NCBI RefSeq assembly: GCF_001194135.2
Contig: NC_068997.1
Location: forward strand, 16,316,107 to 16,380,106
DNA length: 64,000 nucleotides
Reading direction: 5' to 3'
Source of the DNA: Octopus bimaculoides
Lineage: Eukaryota
The position numbers were made by a program, and so were the translations under genes. Each line of letters begins with the position of its first letter. The first letter of the stretch is position 1. The notes beneath the pieces are model-generated. The model was not told where the DNA came from. It was given only the letters and a program-made list of their open reading frames with translations, and did not search any database. Below, piece after piece: positions 14,131-27,870 of the stretch.

Positions 14131-15550
14131 AATATTTTTACTACTATCAATAATAATAATAATAATAATAATTTCTTATATTTGCCAAAAGAGTACTGAG
14201 TGGGGAAATATTACAAGGACAAATAGAAGAAAAAAAAAATAAGAGTAGTTTTTTTTGGTAATTTTTTTTTCTTTTATAAAGCTGTGGATACTTTCTTTGA
14301 AAAAATGTTATTTATTTTTTTCATTTCATTTATTCATTGAAAAATTAAAAACAAAAAAGAAAACTTTTAGGTAGCTTGATTTAGTGTATCACACTTGACT
14401 GACTCTAAATGGCTTACTACTACTACTACTACCACTACCACCACCACCACCACCACTACTACTACTACCACCACCACCACCACTGCTGCTGCACAACACA
14501 TAGTCTCAAAATCAAACTGCTACTACCACCTTCACACCCATTACTGTCACTACCGTTTTTAACAGTAGAGTCATTTACCTGCTCTGGCATTACTGCTACT
14601 GCTACTGCCTTGTTGTATACTAGGAGCACTGCTAAAGCTACTAGGACTGCGTGTCGGCAACTCCGCCACCACAGCCAAACAGCTATCACTTGTCCATCTC
14701 CGCACCCCCCATACTGCCTTTACTGCTTACTATAATCACCCTCACCCTCACCCTGTTCCGGTTGTTACTGCAACCATCATCAGCACCGCTATCTGCTCCT
14801 TGTGCATTAAAGCACATTTACCTTCGGTTGCATCTGTTTATGTCGGCAGAGCTTATTTTTTTTTCAATGTTTTTGGTTTTCCTTTATTTTATTTATTTCT
14901 CCTACCCTCAGTCTATTTATCTATTCTGATTTCCCCACTGTACCCATCTCTGTCTGTCTGTCCCTCTCTCTCTCTCTCTCTCAAGCCACCTATTTTACTT
15001 CAAATCTCACTACTGTCATTAGTTTCATAACGTGTGTATGTGTATACATTGGTATTTAGAATGTGTGTGTGTACACACACACACACACATACATACATAA
15101 CCACTCTACCTTCTACTCCCCGGTTCACTCCTCCCTTTTCTATTTTTACCATCACCACTACCTTTCCCCCACTATCCCTTCCTCCATCATATATATATAT
15201 ATATGTATATATGCACATCAAATATACAAATGCTGTACCTAATGACCAATAACAAATCTGGTTGTCAAAACTTAGGGCTTCAGTTTAAATTTCAATGTCA
15301 AAGAATAAATTCTTTTTTTTTTCTGTTTTTTTTTTTTTAATGTATAACTGCATCATTGGTTGGTGTTGCTGATGTTATGCTGTGCATGGCGTACTGGAGG
15401 CGCGTTAAAGGTGAGCTTTGCACAAGGCAAGTCAGTCATTGATCTCTGGCTGGAGAGTGATAGCGTGTTTCTAATTCCATTTCTTCTTATAGAAATGGAT
15501 GAACAACACACTACCTCAGAAGCTTTCTAGCAAATCTTGGGTTCTTCATT

Positions 15551-15612
15551 TCTTCTTCTTCTTCTTCTTCTTCTTCTTCTTCTTCTTCTTCTTCTTCTTC
15601 TTCTTCTTCTTC
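15551..15612. repeat. (CTT)n microsatellite
   Basis: About 20 perfect CTT units. Confidence 0.95.
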
Positions 15613-15734
15613 ACCACCACCACCTTCACCCACTCGCTTCCCATTGGGCACAAGGTTTGTCAAGTCTTATAATTAATACCAAGGAGCACTGCAAGATTTT
15701 CGAATTGGCTACTATTTATANNNNNNNNNNNNNN

Positions 15735-15765
<31 letters not shown>

Positions 15766-17054
15766 TAAGTCATGGGGAGGATGTTTGAACTAAGGGACTG
15801 TATAGCAGGCTCTTAGCAAAAAAGTTTATAGCAAAAAAAAAAAAAAACATCCAGCCATGCAACACACTCCAAATCAAGCCATTTTAACTCTCCTGAGATC
15901 AGAAGGACCTTGAGGTGAGATATGTTGTGGATGGGAGGGTGAGGAAGTGTGGAGGTAGTTTGCAGTTGAGGGTGTGGGTGGATAGAGACTTTAGATAAGA
16001 AACAGCTTTTCTTAACAATTACAACCGTCTTAGGTCATGTTGTGAGATAAGTGTGTGTGTGGTGTTGTAAAGTAAGCTGTGTGTGTGTAATGAAGAGTTG
16101 TGGAGGTGTGCTGTTGATATTAGTAAATCAGGGTGTTGTCGATGGGGCTGGTATTGGTGATTAAAGTGGAGGTCCTAGTAAAGATAGTTTCATAATTGAT
16201 AGATAGCTGTATCTGTGTGTGTGTGTGTGTGTATGCAATGTAGTAGAAGCAGCAGTGCAATTGTAATCATATCCAATATTGGTGTGTGTGTGTGTGTAAG
16301 AGAAAGATAAAGCCGAGGTGAATGAGGTAGGTAAGGTTATAAGTAGTTAGGTTATAAGTGAAGGGAGGTGGTGGTGGTGGTGGTGATGCTATGATGGGTG
16401 GGCATGAACATGGAAGGTGTAGGGGTTCCTAAGTAATCACAGATAATGCTGTCAACAAGCAAGAGTGTTGCTATAGCTATGTCATAATAATAGATTTATT
16501 TGGGGATGTGTGTTGAAACAAAAGTTTTGGGTCATATTGTGATTGTTTTTATTTTAGTTTTACTGTCTACATTTTTTTTTAATGCTTTTGGCTGTATGTT
16601 TTCTTTTATTTTTTTGTAGTAGACCATGTGTGTGTCCAATTGTATGTACAGGTACACATAAATATATACATGTGTGTATGAGAGAGAGCAGGTTTTTTGG
16701 TACAAACTGTCGCTTATTTGTCATTGCATAATTTTTGGATATATTGCATAATGTACATGATGTTGCTGTTGTAATGACATAGTGGATAATTGAATTGCTA
16801 GTGTTTGACAAACTCATGGGTCACCAGTTCAAATCCAATGTAAACCGTTTTGTTGTATCTCACTCTTTCCTCGGTCATGGCATTTCACCAGGCTGCATCA
16901 GTTTGTCTTCCTAGTTGTTAGGAAAAGGTAGCAGAACTTGGAGATTTGTCTCTCATCCACTTTGTCAACTTGGAATTAATTTCTGCTGACTCAGTGCAGT
17001 CCTGTTTTGGGTTTTGAGCTTTTGGTCAATTCTGATTAAGCAAACCTATATTCA

Positions 17055-17172
17055 AAGAAAGCTATCACAGTATGATTACACTGCCTACTCTAGATTGCAT
17101 CACCCAGTGTATCCTTCTGTTTCTGAGACAGCAGAAAGTAGTTTTAGGGAGGTTTGGTTGCTATTTCTTGAC
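17055..17172 (-). mobile_element. Family C repeat
   Basis: tctagattgcatcacccagtgtatcc...gagacagc...agggaggtttggttgctatttct. Confidence 0.6.
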
Positions 17173-17929
17173 TGTATATTTTGGGTTAGTGTGTATCTGT
17201 TTGCACTAGATCAAATACGTTCTTTTTATATTGCAGGATATATAGGTTTATGTGTCTCTACAAAGTACTCTTAAATCGTTATTTCATACTGCACTGCATT
17301 CACTTTATCTTTTTCTGTGTTTTTTTAGTCACATCTCTAGCCTGAGGCGTGTTAATTAATTAATTCTATATACTTCCATTTACCTTCTTTCCTGTCAGAG
17401 ATAATAATAGAATCATTATCTGTATGTACTGTGAGTGAGTTTCTTATCCTTGTTTCAGCTAATCTGTCATTTATTTCAGATCCATATCTTGGCACCAACC
17501 ATTATAAGTATTTTGTGTGATCTGTTGAAACTAAAAACTAAACTATGAATGAGAAATCATTTCTAGGCCACATTGCTGCTGTTGATATTCATTTAACTCA
17601 TTAGAAAAGAATCTATTTCTCTCTTGGACTCATTTAATCTCTAGACACTACATACTACTACTACTACTTCTCTTTATGTCTCCAGACAATTTATATTTTA
17701 CTCTTTGTCTTTTCCGGTCTCCAGACAAGCAGATTGCTCTCATTGTGTGACTGATTCTCTCGGCAATCTATATTAGCCTCTTGGTATCATTGGACCTCTA
17801 GACAAATGGATTGCTTTCTTTTATTTCATTCAGTCTCTAGATTAGTGTGACCAGGGTCATAATGCAATTTACTTATTTCTTTATTGGTCTCATTCAACAT
17901 CATTCAGTATAGATTTGTAACATTAGCAC

Positions 17930-18100
17930 CAGGCCAATACAATGCCTTTCTGCAGGGATAGGTAGAAGGATCAGTTGATTAAATCATGTCATGTGACTGA
18001 TTCTTATCTTATCTTATGCGGATCAGAGACAGAAGACTTTAATCAGGGCAGGATTTTTAACTTCATTGTTTAAACAGATGTAACCAAATACCACAAGGAA
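17930..18100 (-). mobile_element. Decayed family B SINE
   Basis: tcagttgattaaatc...ggcaggatttttaact...aaataccacaagg resembles the copy at 27590. Confidence 0.45.
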
Positions 18101-18681
18101 TCTCGTTCTTGTCTAATTGTAATGGAAAATATTAAATGAAATTGATTTTTTCTTTTTTCTTTTAAAGAAGGAAAAAAATACGTGTAAATAAGAAAAGTAT
18201 TTTAAATTGTAAGAAAGGCGTTTGGGAGAGAATAAAAGTATGAGCTTGAATATGTGCTTTGCTGCATTGTTATGCATCTGCATCATAAGCTAGATCATGT
18301 TGCAAGCATCATAAGTGCAGCTGCCTTTTGTAATATATGTCCACCCTCTTACTGATGCGCTTTCTGTTAAGCATTTTTCTGCTTTATGTGCAGTAATGCT
18401 GGCACCTGGACGCTTTATTCTGAATTTATAGAATTTATTTATACATACATATATGTGTGTGTGTGTGTGTGTGTATTTTACATGCACATACATCACACTC
18501 TTGCAGATATGGATATGCATTTAGTTGTGATTGTACAAAAGTTACAGAGATACATCCTTTTAAATTTGTTTAAAGTACAAACTGCTTCTCTATGCAACTG
18601 AATATGTTGTTAGTTTCAGAACTGCAGCTATTGTTTAGTTTAAGAAAAAGGTTGGGTGGCAGACCTAAGTTGCCAAACACA

Positions 18682-18723
<42 letters not shown>

Positions 18724-18823
18724 NNNNNNNNNNNNNNNNNNNNNNNNNNNNNNNNNNNNNNNNNNNNNNNNNNNNNNNNNNNNNNNNNNNNNNNNNNNNN
18801 NNNNNNNNNNNNNNNNNNNNNNN

Positions 18824-18863
<40 letters not shown>

Positions 18864-20132
18864 ATATGTGTGTTGTATGTGTCTGTGTGTATGTCTAATA
18901 AAAAAAAAGATAGAAAATAGCCCTCACTCCTGAAGGTTTAGACATAAAAGGACAAATGCAAATTTACATATAATGAAAGTTGTATATTTAATGAGCCACA
19001 AAAGGATAAAGAGAGAAAAAAAAGTGATATTTAGTTATTTAAGTAAAAATATATGTTCAGCCATTGCTAGCAAGATCTTTGGTATAACAAAAGCTTTTAA
19101 AAATCAACAACAATCAGATGAGACATGCATGAAACCAGTGATGGGAATTGTTATGGTTAGAGCTGTGGTGTAAGTATCGGGTTAAGATTTTCTTATCTGG
19201 TGGGTTGGTGAGACAGTGTATGATGATAGTGCTATTGATGTGAAGAGAGGACTGTTTGTTAGTTGTAGATTTTTGTAATGGGTCTAATTATTTCAATCAT
19301 TAGTATGAGAAAGATGCGGTCTTGTAATATAGGGTGAGCATCTTCTCTAAACCATTTAATGGCTTACACATTGGCAAATTTATCAATAAAAATCACATTG
19401 ATCTGACCAAAAGAAACCCCTAAGATACGCTATCTGAATAAAAAAAAGGAAAGAATAGTCATACCTGGAAGTTGTTTGGTGATAAGATTTGCTTGGTCAA
19501 GTGAGTTTCGGAGAAACAACAAAGCAGCAGGCAACAACAATCATTATCAATTTTTGCAGACCTTAGGAGACAAAATGAGTGATGACATTAACAAGAAAAA
19601 TGCATGGCTTGGGTAACATCTTTTAGATATGGTACCTAACCCCCAATTTGTCTATATTAATGAAGAGAAAGATATTTCCTGTTCTTAAATATCTTAGAAT
19701 GAAAGTTTAAAAAAAAAAAAAAAAAAAAAGCTCACCTTGTACCTGATATCTTTCTGGTTAGGTCACAATCACAGAGTCAGTGATCTATGGAGGACTTGAA
19801 GCTGTTTAGGTCACAATGACGGTCATTGACCATTGGAAAACTTCAGATATTTAGGTTACAGCACAGAGAGTTTTTTTGTTTTTTTTAAATGAATGCTTTA
19901 TTTTTTTATTTTAGTTTCAACAAAAGCTGATATGTTGATACAGGAAACATCATTTACTTATCATTTGCAGCAGAAGATGACGGTGGGGCATGGTTGGTGT
20001 TTGGTAGTGCTATCGGTTGTTTGCTGCATAGTTTTATATATCACATATTGGATCATATACATGTGCATAGACATGCATGTGTAAGTATATGCATTAGCAT
20101 GTATGTGCTTATGTGTGTAAGCATGTTGTGTG

Positions 20133-20164
<32 letters not shown>

Positions 20165-20520
20165 NNNNNNNNNNNNNNNNNNNNNNNNNNNNNNNNNNNN
20201 NNNNNNNNNNNNNNNNNNNNNNNNNNNNNNNNNNNNNNNNNNNNNNNNNNNNNNNNNNNNNNNNNNNNNNNNNNNNNNNNNNNNNNNNNNNNNNNNNNNN
20301 NNNNNNNNNNNNNNNNNNNNNNNNNNNNNNNNNNNNNNNNNNNNNNNNNNNNNNNNNNNNNNNNNNNNNNNNNNNNNNNNNNNNNNNNNNNNNNNNNNNN
20401 NNNNNNNNNNNNNNNNNNNNNNNNNNNNNNNNNNNNNNNNNNNNNNNNNNNNNNNNNNNNNNNNNNNNNNNNNNNNNNNNNNNNNNNNNNNNNNNNNNNN
20501 NNNNNNNNNNNNNNNNNNNN

Positions 20521-20576
<56 letters not shown>

Positions 20577-21349
20577 AATACACACACATACATACATATA
20601 TTTATTTATGTATATGTACATTTAGTAACGCTTCACATTTTGCACGGAACCACAGAACATAGCACACTGATAAAATCAATCCCTTATAAATAAGCAGCCA
20701 TGCATATCTACTTCTACATATGCTTACATACTTTCACTTTGTATTACAAATGTTACCTAATAGTAAAATTCTTCTTTAGTGCTTTTTACTCTTGACCAGA
20801 AGTATGTGTGTGTGTGGTGGTAGGGTAGCAGTCTTGATTCCCTTTTTTTTTATTTGGTATCTGTTCTTTTTTATTTTTGTTTTATTATAGGTAATCTTTT
20901 CAGTTTCTTGTTGAACCCCGGTCCTTCCATTTTTTATACAGTGAAAGTTGAGCTGGTAGAGTGATTTAGCTGGCTATTGAACCACTTGCTTGTACGGTGG
21001 TAGGTTCAAACGTGTTGCTCTATTACCTCTGTTTCACTCTTCGCTGTAGGGAATAAGTAGAACAGATCAGATCATCTGAGACCAAATCTATAATAGAGTG
21101 GTATCCTTTCCAGAAAAAAAAAATATTGAATCTCTATTCCATTTTACAACCAGGAACTGGAGTTCAGCATTATTACACCTCATGAAAGTGGTTCAAGTCT
21201 TACCTGGTTTCTCATTTGAGTGTTTTGGTTTGTCTTCATTAACAGTGCTATCTGAAGTTGTAATTGCATGGATACTTCACTGCAAAGAGAGACAGACAGA
21301 TACATGTTTTTGTTTTGTATTACATATCATGTTTACCTAAGATTGCAGT

Positions 21350-21482
21350 GGTTTGACAGAATTCTTAGAGTATTGGAGAATATGCTTTGCCATATTTGTT
21401 AGGTCTCTTTATATATTCTGATTTCAAATCCTGCCAAGGTAAACAAGACTTTTATCCTTTCAGGGCTGATAAAATAAAGTAG
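21350..21482 (+). mobile_element. Family B SINE (5' two-thirds)
   Basis: gacagaattcttagag...ttctgatttcaaatcctgccaaggt...ttttatcctttcagggctgataaaataaagta. Confidence 0.7.
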
Positions 21483-23066
21483 GAATGCTCGGGACAGGGT
21501 GGCAATTGCTGCCCTCAAGTTGCTAGCCTTGAGGCTATCAAGCACACACACACACATAATATAATATAATTCCTGAAAAATTATATCTATTTGGTTTTGT
21601 TTCATTCTTCAGTTTTTCCATTATTTTATTCACCTTTCAGGGGTTTTTTTTTTTGTATTTTTGTAGCCAATTTTCCACGTGCAAAAATACTTTTACATTT
21701 TTCTGCATAAATAAAACCACTTCTGAATACCTATATATACGTATGACATAGTTTCTTTATTTATAAACACACAATTTTGAATACATACTTCTGTATATAC
21801 ATACTGGTTTCTGTTCCCAAATACATACACATGATTATACACATTTTACTTTCTAATTTTCCTTATAAATAATTAATGGTTACTGTCTGTGATGTTTTGT
21901 TTTCTACTTAAGTCACAAACAAGACTCTCTTTGTATTATTTTGTTTTATCTTGGGAAGTTCAAGAAAGGCATGAATGTCACATATTGTTATTGCTTTTGA
22001 GTGATGAGTCAAATTATCTCTCGCTGAATAACTTTGAATCTACTTTCTTACATTTAGACAACATTGTTGCATGCAATAACTTCTTACAAATATTCCAACA
22101 TAGATCTAAAATCATTACTTTCTTTATATATATATTTATATATTAAAGATCTGAACATAATTCCATGTGATAAAAAAAAATGCCATTTTTGGCATATAAG
22201 CATAAAATTTGCTTGCTATTACATGTAATCAAAGCAATCTCAATCACATGAAGATTACTTTCAAGACCAGGTTAACGCCTTATCCTGGTAGGATGCTTCC
22301 ACTTAAATTCCTTAAAATTCATTTTGAAATGAAAGGAGTTGGTTCACTCATTTGATGATGGTTGAAGAATTCCCTCACCTGGTTGATATTCTCACCTGAT
22401 TACCATACCGATATTTGCAGCACTAACATTGTGTCAGCCCTGTGTGTACCATTAGGGTTCTCTATTGACTTGGGAGCAGATAACAGCATCCTTATTTGTT
22501 ACAAATCGTTGAAGAGTGGTGGAGGTACTGGGCCCAAATGTTGACAATGTGTTTTAGCTATTTCTTGCTCTATTCTACTCACTGGCTCTCTTTTTTCTTT
22601 CTTTCTGCACCAATTACTTATCCCACCATGCCCAAATCTTTGCTGCCCCTCGCTTTGTCTTCCCAGTTTAATTAGGGAGTACATAAGCACTTGTATGTGT
22701 GTGTGTCTGTGTGGTGACAGTGGAAATGTCTGAAAGGAAGGGTTTCTAAAAGGAGTCTTAAGCAAAGTTTTGGAAATGTCTTGTATCTAGGATAAGCTGG
22801 TTAGAGCAGGGGTTGGGCAGAGAAAGTGCTACTAGTTACTTCTTGTTGCCCCTTCTCTGTCTTCCCCCCCCCCATCTCTATCCCATTCCCTGCTCAACAA
22901 CCATTATTATTATCAGAGACCATCATCTGCAAATGGAGGCACTCATTCCATCATTCCATCACCAAAACATAAATTTTACTTGCTCTTGAAAGGATGCAGT
23001 GTTTATTGCTCACCCACTCCCTCTTTTACCTACATCTGCTCCCTTATTTTCACCTTTAACCCCTTC

Positions 23067-23108
<42 letters not shown>

Positions 23109-26100
23109 TACTCTCTCTCTGTACCTGCTTCTACTGTTTCTTTTCTCAGATAAGTTTGTATATGTTTTTTTTCCACCCTCTTTTTCTTTTGTGGTTGGTA
23201 GGAGGGTACTTTGGAAGTAGGAGGATGAGTAAGTTGTTTCATAGTTCACCCTAATTCCTACAGTCATTCTTTCATCATTACTCTTTCTCCCCCACCACCA
23301 CCGCCACCGCCACCACCTGCTATCTTTGCCATTAGTGTTTATTTGTCAAAATGTAGGGGGTGATAGCCTGTGTGAGTATATTTCTGTATAGAAAAAGAAT
23401 TTAAAAGGAGTGTAGGGGATTTTCATGACCCCTTTCTTTTCATCAACCTGCCAGCCTCAGTTTTTTTCTTATTGTTGTTGGAGGTTGGGTGATGTATTGG
23501 ATATGGTGTTGGAAAAGGCTTCTGGAATCACTAGACATTGTGATCATCACACACACACACACACACACAACTGATATCTTAAATGTGTCTTCCCATCGTG
23601 CATCCATGTTGCTATGTATATAATATGTGAAGGGGAATATAACTGCTCACAGGAAAACTTCCACACACCCAATGTATTTTATCATACAGTTTATGTGCGG
23701 CGCCCACATTTATGTGTTTTTTTGTGTGTGGCAACATTAAACATCAAACACTACTACGCCACCATGATTGCAGTTTTTAATACTATCCGCCATCCAGTTC
23801 TTCTTAGTCCTAAAGCATAAATATCAACACTGACCAGCAGCTTGTATTTCAGGGTTCAGGAAGTGGAAATGGAAAGTAAGGGGACTCTTGAATAGTTACT
23901 AGGGAAAGCATGAAGCATAAGGAAACAGGGTGGTTTGGAGTAAGGGAGAAGGTGGGGAGAGTTGCTGTTTTTCTTTTTTCCTCAAAGTAAACAAAAGATA
24001 TCCATCTCTTGACTCTAGTTTTCATGTTACTTCCCAACAAACACTTATGTTAGTATATTTTTAGAAACAAGGATATAAGAATCCTTGCTGTGTGCGTGTG
24101 TGTATGGAAAACAGTCTGGCTGAAAACATCATCAAATGCATCAACATAACCAATACAACACAGAGTTGGAAACGTGTTTGGAGTTTAGGCAAGATGTGTA
24201 GTAAGCTGTCGTATTGCAAATCTGGTGAACCAATGATCGAAAGTTATAAATACACAAAACACCTCTAGCACAATATTGTACATCATAAACTTCACAAAAC
24301 AGCTTTGGAACTGGAATCTCTTATTTTGTGTTAATTCAGAAATTATCTTGAGCTAGCAGAAAAAAAAAAAAGGACCATCAATACAAGCCGTCATAATTCT
24401 AGGTGATGAGATGTTTTGCTGTTTGTGAAGAAAATGCTTTTATTCTACACCACTCCAATTCATTTAGAATTTAAGTATAGGTACCAGAAAACCCGAGAAT
24501 TTTTTAATGTCCTACCTACATTGGTTCTCTTCATGCAGGGAAAGATTTAATCTTCCATTAACTTTTACAGTATGAGATGGCGGGGGGGGGGACGCTAAGT
24601 GTTAGGCTCTTAAGATCTTTTTAAGGCTTAGGGAGCATTTTGCATTCTTGCGTACTTAAGCTGCCATTAAAATACAATGCAATATGTTATGCAAATCACC
24701 AGTATAAACTGATACAAATGAGTAGTTGAGAAGTGGTTAACAAACTACTATTACAGCTAACCTAGCACTATTACATTATCTTATGCTAGCTCAGCAAATC
24801 AAACTGAACCAAACCAACAACATAAGTGACATATGTAAAGTTAACAAATATTCATTGATACAAACCAGCTTTATGGTAATCCTGTGATAATTTCTTTTGT
24901 TTTTCAGTAAACCTGCCACTACCAACAAAGTAAAACTTATTTGCATACTCAACAGGCTCTCAAGTTCCTTTTCCCCCATAATGATCAACAGAACAAAAAG
25001 TCTTGTCTGTCTTATTTAATTTTTCTCATTTCCGTTTAGCTGTTGAAATAAAGGCTTGTGGAATCTTGCGGAGTGGTTGGGGGGAAGGAGTAATGAGTTT
25101 TAAGAAATGGAAGAAGGAAAGAGTTGCAGCTAGAGACAAGGGGGCGGGGATGATAGGTAATTGTGTGTAAATTGGAGGGGTAGGGCAGGAGGGGGTGTAT
25201 AAGGAGTTTCTGTATTGTTTTTTTTTTCTCTCCCTCTTTGCTTATGAAACTATAAAGTCTTTCTTTATACGCTTGTGCATATGTATTTATAATAGTGGGC
25301 ACTGTTGTAATTCTGCTTGTTGTTGTTGTTGTTGTCTTTCTGGAATTCTTTAAACAAAGGAAGCTCTCAGCAAAAAAAACAGAAACAGTGGTCGAAAGAG
25401 GAAGCCCCACCTTAATCAGCGACATTTGTCTCTCCTAGCGTGGCATTTTATTTGTACATGTATGTGTATGCATGTGTACATATACATGGGTTCTTTCATA
25501 AATATATTAGTGCGTATGAATATCATCTTAATTGTCATTTGCATTTAAAAGAATGAAGACTCCCCCCCCCCCGCCACCATTTCATTTCCAGAAGTTCTAT
25601 AAGGGTGGTGTGAGCAGAAAGACGAGCATTTCGTATGAGAGAGGTCATTCTCCTTACTCCCCACCTCCTTACTCCCCACCTTGTGAATTGTTAATTTCTT
25701 TTCGTATTTCAATAGAGCTTTGTTTTTATATTTATTCTACGGGTTTTATATGTTTCATATGTATATGGTTTTCTTTCCTTCTACTTTATTTACCTGAGAA
25801 CTAAAGAGGTAACCATTGTTACCTGCTTTCCTTTTCCCTTTGTTTTTTGGTGCCTGGAAACAACAGATATCTGAATCAGACTCACCCTACCTTTGAACAC
25901 GTTAGCTAAAACATAGTAGCGATGGTCGTGGGGGTTGTTAGAGTGTCGCGACATTCATTCATGTCTGTGTTGATTGGAGGCTGATTGTCTGATTATTTGG
26001 TTGACGAAGGTCTTTTTATATTCATTTATTTCATACCACTATATGGTTCATAAATATTTGTGGTATTTGAAATTTACTGGGATTGCTTGTGTGTACAGCT

Positions 26101-27337
26101 GATGATCATTGGCTGCTATCCTACTCAGTTTTATTTCAAATGGTTTCATGCTACCTCACTTGGTTTCAGTTATTGTTAGGTTCCAGTTATTGTATGGTGT
26201 TAAAAAGGCTACACAGCATGCCAAAACCATTGTTTACATTGTCAATACAATGACTAACAAATTCAAAAAAGGGGTCTACCACAATTTGATGGCTTTCATG
26301 AAGAGAACTTCTGTAGTAATTTTACGGTACAGAAAACATGCTGAGACCACTGCATATTATGTAGTCTGAAGAAACAAGACAGGGTGGTCATGGCTAGAAT
26401 TACATTGATCAAAGAGTAAATAACAATAACTTGCTTATTCTGAAGAATTAGTGCTTGGCTTCCCAGTGTGAGACATGTAACATGTAGGAAAGAGAGCATC
26501 AGGCCAACCACATATATACATGGGAGCATTTTATTACTGAAATGATAAGCCTTAGAAAAACATTGACACACACACAGCACTACACCACAGCATCAACAAC
26601 TGAATATGTTTTGAACTTCAATTGCGGATGTAAATCTGAGAAGCCTCATTGGCAGGAACGGAACTTTGTAAAATGGGTTTTAAAGAGTTTGCTAAGATTC
26701 GTTCCTTTTGCAGCTAAATTTGTGTCTTGATTACTGTTGCAGACACTATCGCATCAACTACAACTATAAAAACTAAAGCAACAAAATCAAGTTTAAAGAG
26801 GAAAATGTAAAAAAAAAAAAAAAAAAAAATNNNNNNNNNNTTTTTTTTTTTTTTTTTTATTAAATTTGGGTGGAGTAAATATTTCAACACATCAGTCTTT
26901 TATCATAATGTTGTATGTTGTCTAAATAACCTTTCTTTTCTATATTTTCTTTTGTTCCTCTTCTATTTATGTGTATGTGTGTGCTATTATGTTTAAAGTG
27001 TTTTCTCACCACCACCACTACTACTACTATTAATAATAATAATGTTAATCACAACAGCAGCAACACTGCTGCTGTTACTAAATTTATAAAGCCAGCGATC
27101 CAAATTTTCAGCTGTGACAAATAAATTGATTTGTTGATATCTAAAGAATACAGATAAAAGATAATGTTAATGATGATTGCTTACTTACACACAGAGCTAC
27201 AGAGTTTTGTAGCTTAGATGAGTTGAGATGGTGTGACAGTCATGTTTGGGTGGGGACATTATTATTAGCATTGTGAGTCGACTAGAAAACAGTTCGTAAA
27301 CCTACCATCATCACAATATTGACTGAATAACTAATAA

Positions 27338-27870
27338 GTCTTTTCTACTACCAGNNNNNNNNNNCAATGCCTGTAATTTTGGAGCAAAGGGTTTGTCTAT
27401 TACATTGACTCCAGTGCTTGGACATTACTTATTTCATCGATCCCAAAAGGATAGAAAGCAAAGTTGACCTTGGCAGAATTTGAACTCAGACTGTAAGGAC
27501 ATACGAAATGCTGCTATTAATTTTGTCCAGTAGACTAAATAATTATAGATGAAAACTTCTAACATTGGCTAAGAATGTACATATGTAACAGAAGGGCATA
27601 GTTGATTGTATTAGCAACTACAGTACATATGATTCAAACTTATTTTATCAACTTTGATGGAATGAGGAGCAAAGTTAATCCAAACAGGATTCAAACTCAG
27701 AACTAAGAGATGTGTAACTAAATACCACAAGGTAGTCGTTCTGATACTCTACTGCTTTCTTTACTCTACTCTCACATTAAACTAATGACAATAATAATAA
27801 TTATCCTTTCTACTATTGGTACAAGGTTGGAAATTTGGCAGGGGGAGGTCACTCAGTATTCATGATGATC
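27338..27870 (-). mobile_element. Cluster of three family B SINE copies or fragments
   Basis: 27338-27540 near full length (cttatttcatcgatcccaaaaggatagaaagcaaagttgaccttggcagaatttgaactcag), 27590-27760 decayed, 27800-27870 3' end (cctttctactattggtacaagg). Confidence 0.75.

Noticed and set aside
22299-22544. High-complexity 60-aa ORF
   Set aside because: No recognisable motif or splice sites in either orientation. Possibly an unrecognised TE relic.
24150-24360. WKRVWSL...YKY...HNIV, faintly like an L1/Tx1 C-terminal region
   Set aside because: Too degenerate. The expected cysteine knuckle is not readable.
25649-25681. Tandem duplication ctccttactccccacc x2
   Set aside because: Ordinary short slippage duplication.
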